The notes beneath the pieces were generated by a model. The model was not told where the DNA came from. It searched no databases and saw only the letters and a list, made by a program, of their open reading frames with translations. From the human T2T-CHM13v2.0 reference genome, Homo sapiens, in assembly GCF_009914755.1 (NCBI RefSeq), contig NC_060932.1: a stretch of 64,000 bases of DNA; one strand, given 5' to 3'. Below are positions 46,144 to 63,743 of this stretch, piece after piece. Every line of letters begins with the position of its first letter. Position 1 is the first letter of the stretch. The translations under genes and the position numbers were made by a program.

Positions 46144-48845
46144 GAAGAATGTTGGTGAAAAGCACAGAAACCAGTGACGTTTGTGGCTGTGGAATTTCCA
46201 TGGAGAAAAGAGAGCATCTGAACACCTGGACCATCTTTTGCACCTGGCAGACCCTCTGCACTCACCCCAGCGTGTTCTGTGAACTTGAGTGACAACGCGT
46301 GCTTGCAGGGTGCTTTTTGGATGACTGGGGAAGAGGTGGGGAGGGGGTGGTGGGGGGAAGCATGGACGAGAACATGGAGCAAATGTTTTACAACCTGAAC
46401 CTCAGAACTGTGATCCTCCAAGGAGCGCGCTACTTGAAGAAAAGAAAAAAAAAAAAAAAAGTCGAATGGCTTCTCAGGGATTTTGTTTTCCGTGCACATA
46501 TAAGCCATAGTTACAGTACAGGTGGCAGTATTTAGAGCACTCAGATTTCAGTTCTGTTAAATGTGAAAGAGGGATCGACTGACGTTCATTGCTGTTCCAT
46601 AACTAGTGTAAAATATGTATATGTTTATCTTTATTTTTATAATATGCAAATACATTTAAATTTATACAGTTTGAAGCTTCTAGCGTTAGTTCACACTGGG
46701 TGCAATATTCTGCATGAGAACTGTGCCAAGATGGGGCTGATTTCTTATTTTAGTATAAGACTTTTTTGTTTTTTCTTTATTCTTTAATCCTCTTCACATT
46801 AAAAAAAAAAAATCTCTCTGTTAGCCCATGGATTAAGTGTTGGTTCATAGAGATTGCCAATAATCAGAAAGAACCTTAAATGTGCATTTAAGACAGTGTC
46901 CCTTCCCTTCTTTTCAATGAAGGTCCCTGCCTATATAAATCATCTGGCACGCTGGTGGGAAATCCTTTGCTCTTCCAACGTGTTATTAGTGCTGGGCAGA
47001 GATGGGGCACACTCAGGGGCCAAAGAGGACAAAAAGTCCATGCAAAACTTGAGTCTTTTAATGGCTTAAGATAATCAGGAGTCAGTTCTGAATCTTACAA
47101 AGTGCTCTGCTTAATAAGTACCTTACTTAGCAGAGCACTTTGCAAACATATTACTTATTAGCAGAGCTCTTTGTAGACCTTCCACATCTGGCTGTCAGAT
47201 CTTAAGGTTGTGAATTTAGGCTCCAGTTATATTCACTGGAGAGCATAATCCCACACGGGTTGTTTATAAATACAGAGCCTCTGATTGGACGGTCTCCTGC
47301 CAAGAACTAGTAATACCCTTGTTTTAAAATCTTCACAAGGTAAAACTTAAAAAGCCAACCAAACAAATTGCTCTCCATTCTACTTTTAATTGGGCCAAAC
47401 AGCATATGCTACAGTAGTAACATGTTTTTCGGAGAGTGTAAAAAACTCTGTTTACATTTGCCTCCTCCGTGGGTTGATCGAAAATGTATAAAACTGACTG
47501 CTTCTCGCCAGCCTCAGACAAGAAGAGTGAGTTGCTGGTACTCGCTACTCTTTTACTTCTTTTGTAAAGTATTGACTCTTGGAAGGCTACAGTATACAAA
47601 GTCTCAACATGTTTTTTAAAAGAAATAAGGAGCAAGCGACTGCCCTGCTAGAAATCACAAACCGATTTTTGTAGAATATTTTGTGCCCCAGGCATTAATT
47701 TCACTGACTCCAGAACCTGCAGTTCAGAGAATGATTTCTTATGATGATAAAAATCGAATGGGATCAGACGATGTTTGCATTTTTTTAATACTTGAATAGG
47801 ACACCTCAAGTTTGAGATTTCATTTTCTTTTAGAACACAGTCACAAGATTAATCTGGTGAATCCTTTTGTCACAGTTCTCGTGTGTGTGTGCGCGTCTCC
47901 GTGTGTGTGTGTGTGCATGTGTGTAAAACTGAATGGTCACATTTAATTGCTTTTTGGACCATTGAATAGTTGGGAAGTAAGAATTTTTTAATTGGCATGA
48001 GACGGTTCCTCAACTGTTAAATTAACCAACTTTGACCTGTCTTTAGAAAAAGGCTTATTTGTATGATTTTGGGCTAACTCCCCGGGGACCATATTAAATG
48101 ACAAAAATGCTCCTTTGGGTGACACACCCTACAAAGTATTTGCTGTTACGAACATAAACGCCCACATTCTTAATATCTAATATTTTTGACCAGTGATGTT
48201 TTATGCTGTCATCTGAACCCTAGAGAAGCAGTGTCAGAGGAAACCTTGGTGTCACATGTGTCTTAGCAAAAGGGTTACCATGATCGAGGGTCATGTGACC
48301 AAAAGATGCTCCAGAGAAGCTTGAGAATTTGTTTCAAGTTGGGAGGAGGGTTGGAGATACAAAAATCACTCTGCTCTACAGGACTCTTCAGCTGTCTATG
48401 CAAGAAATTCCGTTTTCTCTTTCAGCACCTGGAAAGACACAGCAGCCCACTGAGGCGATAGGTGATTCACTAAGCACAAGAGGAATGTTTTCTAAGCAAG
48501 GCGTCCCTTGCCTCTCAAACAAATGCCCTCCAAGTTTGTTAGGGTTTCTATTCCTGCAACTTGTGGTATCAAAACCACTTCCTGAAATTGTCAAAGCACT
48601 GCCAAAATAAATGTTTTTCCCCCTTCTAAGAAAAAAAAAATGACAGTGCTCATATTTGACACTTGTGTATTGGACTCTCTTTTGAATGAATAAAAAGGAA
48701 AAGGGGTTTGGTGTAATTCCTGATGGGGTGCGTGTTGTTTTTCATGCCATGGTTTGTGAATTTTAATTGTGGTTTCCCATTTCGTTGTTGTAACTGGGCA
48801 GAAATTAAAAAAGAAAAATCAATAAAAATACAAAGAAATGGTTAA
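46144..48845 (+). ncRNA. LINC-PINT: Terminal exon (~2.7 kb, 3'UTR-like)
   Basis: tttcttcttgtccacccatacag|GAAGAATG acceptor; nearly repeat-free AU-rich sequence; poly(A) signals at the end. Confidence 0.7.
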
Positions 48846-48900
48846 ACAGTTGTATTCCCAGAACTTAATTATTTCAGATTTTGTTCATTTGTTTTTACTT
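48606..48900 (+). terminator. Poly(A) signal cluster and U/GU-rich downstream element
   Basis: AATAAA at 48606, 48689 and 48821, ATTAAA at 48804, TGTA at ~48790; GT/T-rich tract after ~48848. Confidence 0.75.
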
Positions 48901-49336
48901 TTAATTCTATCAGTTAAGGAATGACTTTTATAGTTTTAGTCCTTAGTGGTACTGTTGGAGCTGTGGGAGGTGGGTGGTGGTAGCTCTCATCTGTTTGGTC
49001 TCCGAAGAGAAAACTAAAGAATCCCTGTTTTAAAACTGCCTCTGTTTTCAGGCTGAGGATATAACTTGAAGATCAGCTCTCTTAAATCAGAATCTTTTTT
49101 TTTTTTTCAATGATCCACTATATTCCTAAGTCACAGCTGTTGAATTTATGGTAGCTTTGGAAGTTCCCCTGATCTTTCTTTCAAAGGCTCTTAGCAGAAG
49201 TCCTGCTACATACTGCCTCAGGGTGCCCTATTTGCAAACTGGAAGAGCAGGCCCCTCAGGTACCCATCAGAGGATTTAGTACTCCATATTGTTTAAATAA
49301 AGGCAAAGAGAAGATAAGGAAGGACCAAAGCCAGGG

Positions 49337-50006
49337 TGTTAACGTGGTGAATCCATAACGGGTCTGCAGCAACCTCAATTCTTGCCTCCTCAGAAGAAAG
49401 AATTCAAGCGAGGGGCATAAGACAGCAGGAGAGACGGAGGCAAGTTTTAGGGCAGGAGGGAAAGTTTATTAAAAAGCTTTAGAACAGGAACGAAAGGAAG
49501 TACACTTGGAAGAGGGCCAAGCAGGCGGCTTGAGAGATCAAGTGCACAGTTTGACCTTTGACCTGGGGTTTTATACGTGGGCATTTTTCCGAGGTCTCCC
49601 CTGATTCTTCCTTGGGGTTGGCCGTCCACATACGCAGAGGCCTGCCAGCGCTTGGGAGGGGGCGCATGCGCAGTGTATTACTGGAGTTGTGCGCATGCTC
49701 ACTTGAGGTGTTCTTCCCTTACTAGTTGAATGTTCCTAGAAGGTCCTATACCAGTCAAGCGCCGTCCTTTTGCCTCTTAATGCGCATGCTTCAGCCCACG
49801 CACCCAAATCCTGAGCTCTTATCCGAAAGCTGCTGATCACCAGCTTCAGGTGTTTTCTGTCTGTTGGGAGCCTGCCTTTCCCTGGCACCGGCTGTCACCA
49901 ATTATTTTAGAGAGACAGTGTAACAACCACCTGACCATCTCACCTGATAGTTGCTGGGGGGCGTTCTTCCGCCCTGCTTCTGTGTGCCTGACTACCTACT
50001 GTAACA
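49337..50006 (-). mobile_element. ERV1 solo LTR (MER50-like)
   Basis: TG...CA ends; reverse complement begins tgttacagtaggtagtcaggca; imperfect 4-bp TSD aggg/agag. Confidence 0.8.
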
Positions 50007-50245
50007 AGAGGAGCCCTGCCCTGAAGACAGCGCAATACAGGGAAGAAGGGATCGCTTCAGACCAGGAGGGCCTCACTGCAAGACTCCTGACAAGGCAGGT
50101 AGAACCGTGGGGTGTGCAGAATTCAAAGCCACTTCTGCCAACAGAACAGAGGAAAGCAGGAGGCAACTAGAATTTCCAAAAGAAGTGTCACAAGAGGTGC
50201 GTCCCACGTGGGAGAGGTGTGGCTGGCCCTACGGCTGCATCCCGC

Positions 50246-51655
50246 TGAGAGGTGACAGCGTGCTGGCCCTCCTCACAGCCCTCGCTCGCTCTCGGCGCCT
50301 CCTCTGCCTGGGCTCCCACTTTAGCGGCACTTGAGGAGCCCTTCAGCCACCGCTGCACTGTGGGAGCCCCTTTCTGGGCTGGCCAAGGCCGGAGCCGGCT
50401 CCCTCAGCTTGCAGGGAGGTGTGGAGGGAGAGGCGCGAGCGGGAACCCGGGCTGCGCGCGGCGCTTGCGGGCCAGCTGGAGTTCCGGGTGGGCGTGGGCT
50501 TGGCGGGCCCCGCACTCGGAGCAGCCGGCCGGCCCTGCCGGCCCCAGGCAATGAGGGGCTTAGCACCCGGGCCAGCGGCTGCAGAGGGTGTACTGGGTGC
50601 CCCAGCAGTGCCAGCCCACCGGCGCTGCGCTCGATTTCTCACCGGGCCTTAGCTGCCTTCCCGCGGGGCAGGGCTCGGGACCTGCAGCCCGCCATGCCTG
50701 AACCTCCCACCCCCTCCGTGGGCTCCTGTGCGGCCCAAGCCTCCCCGATGAGCGCCGCCCCCTGCTCCACGGCGCCCAGTCCCATCGACCACCCAACGGC
50801 TGAGGAGTGCGGGCGCACGGCGCGCGACTGGCAGGCAGCTCCACCTGCAGCCCCGGTGCGGGATCCACTGGGTGAAGCCAGCTGGGCTCCTGAGTCTGGT
50901 AGGGACGTGGAGAACCTTTATGTCTAGCTCAGGGATTGTAAATACACCGATCAGCACCCTGTGTCTAGCTCAGGGTTTGTGAACGCACCAATTGACACTC
51001 TGTATCTAGCTATTCTGGTGGGGCCTTGGAGAACCTTTATGTCTAGCTCAGGGATTGTAAACACACCGATCAGCACCCTGTGTCTAGCTCAGGGTTTGTG
51101 AATGCACCAGTCGACACTGTATCTAGCTACTCTGGTGGGGACTTGGAGAACCTTTGTGTGACACTCTGTATCTAGCCAATCTAGTGGGGATGTGGAGAAC
51201 CTTTGTGTCTAGCTCAGGGATTGTAAACGCACCAATAAGCGCCCTGTCAAAACAGACCACTTGGCTCTACCAATCAGCAGGATGTGGGTGGGGTCGGATA
51301 AGAGAATGAAAGCGGGCCGCCCGAGCCAGCATTGGCAACCTGCTCGGGTCTTCTTCCACGTTGTGGAAGCGTTGTTCCTTCGCTGTTTGTAGTAAATCCT
51401 GCTGCTGCTCACTCTTGGGGTCCACACTGCCTTTATGAGCTGTAACATTCACCTCAAAGGTCTGCATCTTCACTGCTGCCTGAGCCAGCGAGACCACCAA
51501 CCCACCAGAAGGAAGAAACTCCCAACACATCCAAACATCAGGAGGAACAAAGAAACTCCAGACGCGCCACCTTAAGAGTTGTAACACTCACCACGAGAGT
51601 CCGCGGCTTCATTCTTGAAGTCAGTGAGACCAAGAACTCACCATTTCCGGGCACA
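50246..51655 (+). mobile_element. LTR12C (ERV9) solo LTR
   Basis: tgagaggtgacagcgtgctggc start, CpG-rich U3, tandem CCAAT repeats, ...ccgggcaca end; TSD ccgc/cagc. Confidence 0.93.
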
Positions 51656-51905
51656 CAGCAAACCCAAGCACTCACTCCGTGCCACTGCCTCCCTCCTCCT
51701 GGTGAAGGTCGTGCAATTAGCACACATCAATTTGGGCCTTGTTTTTCTTTATCAAGAAACAGTTCTTTGCTGAGCAGGCCACGCAGAAGTACCTGTCAGT
51801 GGTGACAATTAGAAGTGCATTACTTATCACATATGTTGTTCCCTCCTAAGGCAATTTCCCCTTTTTGTGAGTTTTTTGAAAGAACTTCCAGGTTCACTGA
51901 ACTTT

Positions 51906-52437
51906 TGTAAACCAAAAGTTGAGTGAGGCAGGTTTCAATCTATTTGAGGTTTATTTAGCCAAAGTCAAGGACGCGCCTAGTAAAAAGCACAGATCACAGG
52001 AGCATCTGTGACCTGTGCTTTTTCCAAAGGGGTTTTGGGAACTTTGGTATTTAAAAGGGAAAGAGCAAGCAAGAGGGAAAAATAGGGAGGGTAGGCAATG
52101 CGGCGGATGGTTACCTTCTTGTGAGGCTCTGATCAGCTTCAGTGAATTTACATTTTACCTATGAAAAGAGGGAGTAGAGGAAAAAAACAATTATTCATTG
52201 TCTCCAGCTTAGTAAATCTACATTTTACACAAGATAAGCTCAGTAAATCTACATTTTACACAAGATAAAGTTAACGTTTAAAGAGGGAGTAGAGGAAATG
52301 AGGCTGTGACATGAGGTTGTGAAATTACAGCTGTCTGGGAACAGAAGGAACAGCAGTTTTTGCGTGACTCAGTTCCCATGCTGAAGTTTCCCTTTGCCAT
52401 CCTGAGTTTGGGATCCTGAGATTCTATTTTCCTTTCA
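51906..52437 (-). mobile_element. ERV1 solo LTR (MER4D/E-like)
   Basis: Reverse complement begins tgaaaggaaaatagaatctcaggatcccaaactca; TG...CA ends. Confidence 0.75.
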
Positions 52438-52898
52438 CTCTTTGAATACAGAGTGCCTGACACATGGTGGCAGCTTCTGTGCCAAATTCAAATGCCCAGG
52501 GCTTCCTTTGCCCATGGCTGCTGGTGCCCCCCAGTGGAACTGGCAGTGACAAAGGCCATCACCTGGTGGAAATGCTGCTCCTGCTGCCAAGTCAGAAGCG
52601 GGTGTGGAAGGACTGGAAGGGGTGTTAGAAAGCAGATGACCTTCTGAAGTGATCTGTGTTCGACGGCATGAGAAATTTCACCAGGTAACAGAAACCCTAT
52701 TTGAATATTTGTAACCTCTTTCAGGGAAGCAATACTTTCTTCATCTTTAAAAACTAGGAATATTTTTTAATGAAATGAATTTTATTCTAAATGCTGAGAA
52801 GGATTCAGACTGCTTAATGGAACATTTGCGTCTCCTGAGGTACAAATACAGGCTCCCTTTTAAAATGATTCTGAGATCCAATAAGAAATGCTGCATTA

Positions 52899-53350
<452 letters not shown>

Positions 53351-53682
53351 AAAGAAAGCTTAAGACAGTGTTTGCTGCAGGACTCTGAGAACCATTTAGA
53401 TACCAATACAAAAGGTGAATCCCCAAAAGCTGAGAGAATGTGCAGCATTTCCATGTGTATCTGAGCGTGGAAGGAAGACGCCTCTCCCCAGAGCTGTCTG
53501 GACATCCCCCCAGACCAGTTTTTCCAAAGTAGGGCCATGTACTCCAATGCAGTCTCAGGCGTTTGTAATTGAGGCACAGATGGCATCAAATCATAGAGAA
53601 TCACTTGTCTTTTGCATTATGTAGGAGGCAGCTAGGTGCACTGACTCCAGACTGCCTCCATTTGAATCCTGGCTATCCTGAG

Positions 53683-54632
<950 letters not shown>

Positions 54633-54675
54633 TTGATCTGCTGCCTCTGCCATTTATTCTTTCTTGTCCCTCAGA

Positions 54676-55389
<714 letters not shown>

Positions 55390-55516
55390 CTCAGTTTCCT
55401 CTTGTGTAAAATGGGGAAACAATCTACCTCATACAATTGTTATAAATGTTAAATGAGATACCATGTATAAAGTGCTTATGACAGCACTAATCAAATACAA
55501 TTGTTCTACTGCATAG

Positions 55517-55817
<301 letters not shown>

Positions 55818-56213
55818 GCATAGCTCTCTTTATACAGAGAAAGCAGGCCTCAAGTTCAGAGCCTTTAACAGTGTGTAGCTAGAATGTTTAATTTTTGTTT
55901 TCATTATATTTATTAATTGGCTTTTTGCATGAGTGATAAAACATTTGCTTTAAAAATGAATGCATTTAGAAAGAAATACTTAAAAGTGTATTAGAAAAAG
56001 TTTTAATAAGTGCAGTTGATACACAGATGTAGAAAAAATGTGAAGATATGGTAAAAATTATGACAGTGGTATGTGAAAGTCTGCATAATATAATCAAACT
56101 AGACAGTCCGGGACTCCTGGTCTAATGTGATCCCACTGATTAATGCAACCCGTGGGAGAGACCAGGTGATTTGCCTGAGCAAGTCTGAAGCACCATAGAA
56201 GCTTTTAAAGATG

Positions 56214-56528
56214 ACTAGGTGCAGTGGCTCATGCCTGTGGGAGAACTTTGGGAGGCCGATGTGGGTGGATCGTTTAAGCCCAGGAGTTCGAGACCAGTCT
56301 AGGCAACATGGCAAAAACCCATATCTACTAAAAATACAAAAATTAGCCAGGAACAGTGGCATGGGCCTGTAGTCCCAGCTACTTGGGAGGCTGAGGCAGG
56401 AGGATCACCTGAGCCTTGGGAGGTCAAGGCTGCAGTGAGCTGTGATTGGGCCACTGCACTCCAGCCTGGGAAACAGGGTGAGACCCTGTCTCAAAATAAA
56501 TAAATAAATAAATAAATAATAAATAAAA
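56214..56528 (+). mobile_element. Alu (AluJ) with a (TAAA)n tail
   Basis: Alu consensus; TSD aaaagatg. Confidence 0.9.
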
Positions 56529-57149
56529 AGATGCTTCCTCCAGTTTTAAAATTTCTGCTAGAAAGAGGCTTATTGGGAGATTATGGAACAATTATTATGT
56601 TATAAAACTAATATTTTTAAAATTTGAAAGGTAAAGTAAGTTGTGCATTCTTAACATTTGTTTCAGCACAGCCTTTTCACATAAATATAACTCTGAAACT
56701 TGGGAAAATTTGATTTGTGAAAACTTTCATGTTTTTCAGGAGGTCCTTATGGGTAGAATACTTTTTCTGGGAATGTTTTACTGAAGCCAAACTGAAAAAG
56801 TGAACCCACATGTTTCCCTCATTAGAAATAAAAGCCAAATCTTGCTAACCGATTTGGTACACATAGAACAGAACAAATTGCTTGGGTTTATTTTATGTTC
56901 AGTGCTTGAGAAATCATGGTATGAAATGAGGTTGGGTACAGGCCACATACCCAGTGTGTGTGTTCAGGGGTTTACGCAATGCCCTGCCAACTAGAGATCC
57001 AGCCACTCTTTCCTACCCCAGAAAGCATTCCTCACTGGTAAATGAGCAGGACTTCCAGAATGGAAGGGACACAGAATGAAGCTCAGTTGAAATTCTCCCC
57101 AGCAAAACAGCCCATTTCACTGGGGAAAAACATTAAATTAATTAATTAA

Positions 57150-57441
57150 TTTTTTTTTTTTTAGACAGAGTCTCATTCTGTTGTCCAGGCTGGAATGCAG
57201 TGGCATGATATCAGCACATGCAATCTCTGCCTCCCGGGTTCAGGCGTTTCTCCTGCCTCAGTCTCCTGAGTAGCTCAGAGTACAGGTGTGCACCACCACA
57301 CCCGGCTAATTTTTGTATTTTTAGTAGAGATGTGGTTTTGCCAGGTTGGCCAGGCTGGTCTCAAGCTCCTGACCTCAAGTGATCCGCCCACCTGGGCCTC
57401 CCAAAGTGCTAGGATTACCGGTGTGAGCCACCGCGCCCAGC
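57150..57441 (-). mobile_element. Alu (AluS)
   Basis: Antisense Alu. Confidence 0.95.
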
Positions 57442-57554
57442 TGAAAAGTATTTTAAAAAGCAAAATACAAACAAGTCATAATTGAAAGTCTCTGGAAATT
57501 GTCCTAAAACATATAGCAGATGGAGAAACAGTCATTTGAGAAAATGTATAAACA

Positions 57555-57860
57555 GCCGGACATGGTGGCTCACTCCTGTAATCCCAGAACTTTGGGAGCT
57601 TGAGGTGGGCAGATCACCTGAGGTCAGGAGTTCGAGACCAGCCTGGCCAACATGGCAAAACCCTGTCTCTACTAAAAATACAAAAATCAGCCAGGCGTGG
57701 TGGCGGGCACCTGTAATCCCAGCTACTCGGGAGGCTGAGGCAGGAGAATCTCTTGAACCTGGGAAGGAGAGGTTGCAGTCAGCGGAGATCATCAGTCTGG
57801 GCAACAGAGTGAGACTCTGTCTCAAAAAAAAAAAAAAAAGGAAAAAGAAAATAAAAAAAA
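57555..57860 (+). mobile_element. Alu (AluS)
   Basis: TSD-like aaatgta(t/c). Confidence 0.95.
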
Positions 57861-58066
57861 GAGAAAAAGGAAAAGGAAATGTACTAAACACTGGTAAGAA
57901 GAATAGCCAAAGTCTGTGGCCTTTGATCCATGACCTTGCCTACCCCTCCTCCCCATATCTCCAGAAGCTCTATTCTGGGCCCCATTCTCGGGCAGATACG
58001 ACCAAGAAGACAGAGATTCCCGCTCCACTTAACACCCTGTCTGGGGCTGCAGTTTCACCTTGGGAG

Positions 58067-58606
58067 TGTTAAAGCAAACTAAATATGGCCTGAGAAGGCC
58101 TCCGTACCTCTATATTTGAGTCCTTGCAGATGAACTGTAACTTAGCTTAATAGACAAGATTGAAAACCTAATTTAGGAGTATGCCCTGTTGTCATGCCTA
58201 TAATCCCAGCACTTTGGGAGACCGAGGCGGGTGGATCACCTGAGGTCAGTAGTTCAAGACCAGCCTAGCCAACACGGTGAAACCCCCGTCTCTACTGAAA
58301 ATACAAAAATTACTTTGGGAGGCTGAGCCAATCTCAGTGGCCATACTTCAATCGCTCATAGACTGCTAAGTGTTCAAACTGTTGAAATAAGGCAAACACC
58401 AACCTGCAACCAATCCAGCTGTTCTGTACCTCACTGCCAATTTCTGCACATCATTTCACTTGTTATGTCTGTAAATCTTCCACCGTGTGGCTGTGCTGGA
58501 GTCTCTGTGAATCTGCTGTGATTCTGGGGGCTGCCCGATTTGCGAATCGTTCATTGCTCAATTAAACTCCTTTACATTTAATTCGGCTGAAGTTTTTCTT
58601 TTACCA
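58067..58606 (+). mobile_element. MER57-like ERV1 solo LTR containing an Alu left-arm fragment (58193-58327)
   Basis: tgttaaagcaaactaaatatggcctgag start; perfect 4-bp TSD ggag. Confidence 0.85.
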
Positions 58607-59288
58607 GGAGGGAGGGACTGCTGGCATTTCTCATCCTCCCTAGCCCCTTATTGTGGAAGATCTATTCCAAGCGAGGGTAGCTCACAGGACTAGGGCCTCC
58701 TTGCACTTAAAGGGCAGGAGCTCTGCAGCAGGCCACCAATAAGAGGCCTGATTGCCCCTGCCAGCTCTCTCACAGGGCAGAGATTCTATACCAGGGAAGG
58801 CAAACCAAGAAGACCAGGGCTGCTACATCATCCTCCCTCAGTGCCCCCCTGTAGAGCAGGGATGTCATTCCTAGAAAAAGGCCCTGTGGTGGTGGGGTCG
58901 GCGGGGAGGGCATGCTGTCAGGGTGAAGAGCTCTGCAGCTCTGCCTGAGGGAACTGACTTTATTTGAAACAGTACCTGGAGAACTGTATGCCTGAGGGTG
59001 TTGTCAAAACAGTGGAGACTGCGTGGAGAGCAGTGAAGGAGGCTGGAGCTCCAGGATATGAGTGGAACGGCAGAGCAGCTGGAAGTTTCATAGAACCAGG
59101 TCAAGAGCCCAGAACAGCGCTGCTGGGATCCCAGTCAATTCTGGGATCCCAGTCAATTCTGCGAGTTGGGAAGGCGGTGAACGTGCACTAGGTTTCACCC
59201 ACTCAAGGCCAGTCAGAGCAGGATGTTGGGCAGACCTGAAAGCTTTCCCCAAGCTGTGCACAGGCCAATCAACACAAGGCAGAGGGCT

Positions 59289-59807
59289 TGTAACCAAATG
59301 CAAGTCCAGCTGCTCACTGCTTGCACAGTCCAATTAATGAGTGAGGGCTGATAGAAAGAAAGCGAGTTTTATTTCAGAGCTTAGCTGAGGGGAAGAGGTA
59401 CAGGCTTCTGCCTTAAGGGAACCACTTCAGCTTTGGGGGCAGAAAGCAGAGGCTTTAAGGGGGACTTGGAGTGCATGCTATGGAGAGGAGGAGGCGCGGG
59501 GTCTGCGTGACTCGCGACTTGCAGGCTGCCACCATGAAGGGCAGAGCTGAGTTGTAAATTGACTGTCATCTTGAGGCAATTTCCTGGTGGGGGAGAATCC
59601 GGGAGAGTGCATGGTTTGGTTCAACATTTGGTCCTTAGAATTTCTAAGCAAACATGTAGTTAGATAAGCTCTCAGTGCAGGGAGTGCCAGGTGGAGAGAA
59701 GGTAAAGGTTAGAGTTGCATTCCTAAAGAGCTAAGTAAGAGGTGAACATGCAGGGAAAAAGTGAAAAGATAAAGATAATTTTTAGGAAAATGGGGTAGTC
59801 GTTTACA
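59289..59807 (-). mobile_element. ERV1-type solo LTR (MER101/LTR29-like, family uncertain)
   Basis: tgtaacc...gtttaca ends, near-TSD ggct/gtct. Confidence 0.6.
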
Positions 59808-59829
59808 GTCTCACTGGTACAAGAGGCGT

Positions 59830-63740
<3,911 letters not shown>

Positions 63741-63743
63741 ATA

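Noticed and set aside
45954-46508. 184-aa minus-strand ORF
   Set aside because: Antisense across an intron/exon boundary and a T-tract; no recognisable domain, promoter or splice support.
47417-47616. Possible p53 response elements (aacatgttt cores)
   Set aside because: Only isolated, imperfect half-sites; no paired RRRCWWGYYY.
50252-50957. Several 77-198 aa GC-rich ORFs on both strands
   Set aside because: They lie entirely within the LTR12C U3; stop-poor GC-rich repeat sequence.
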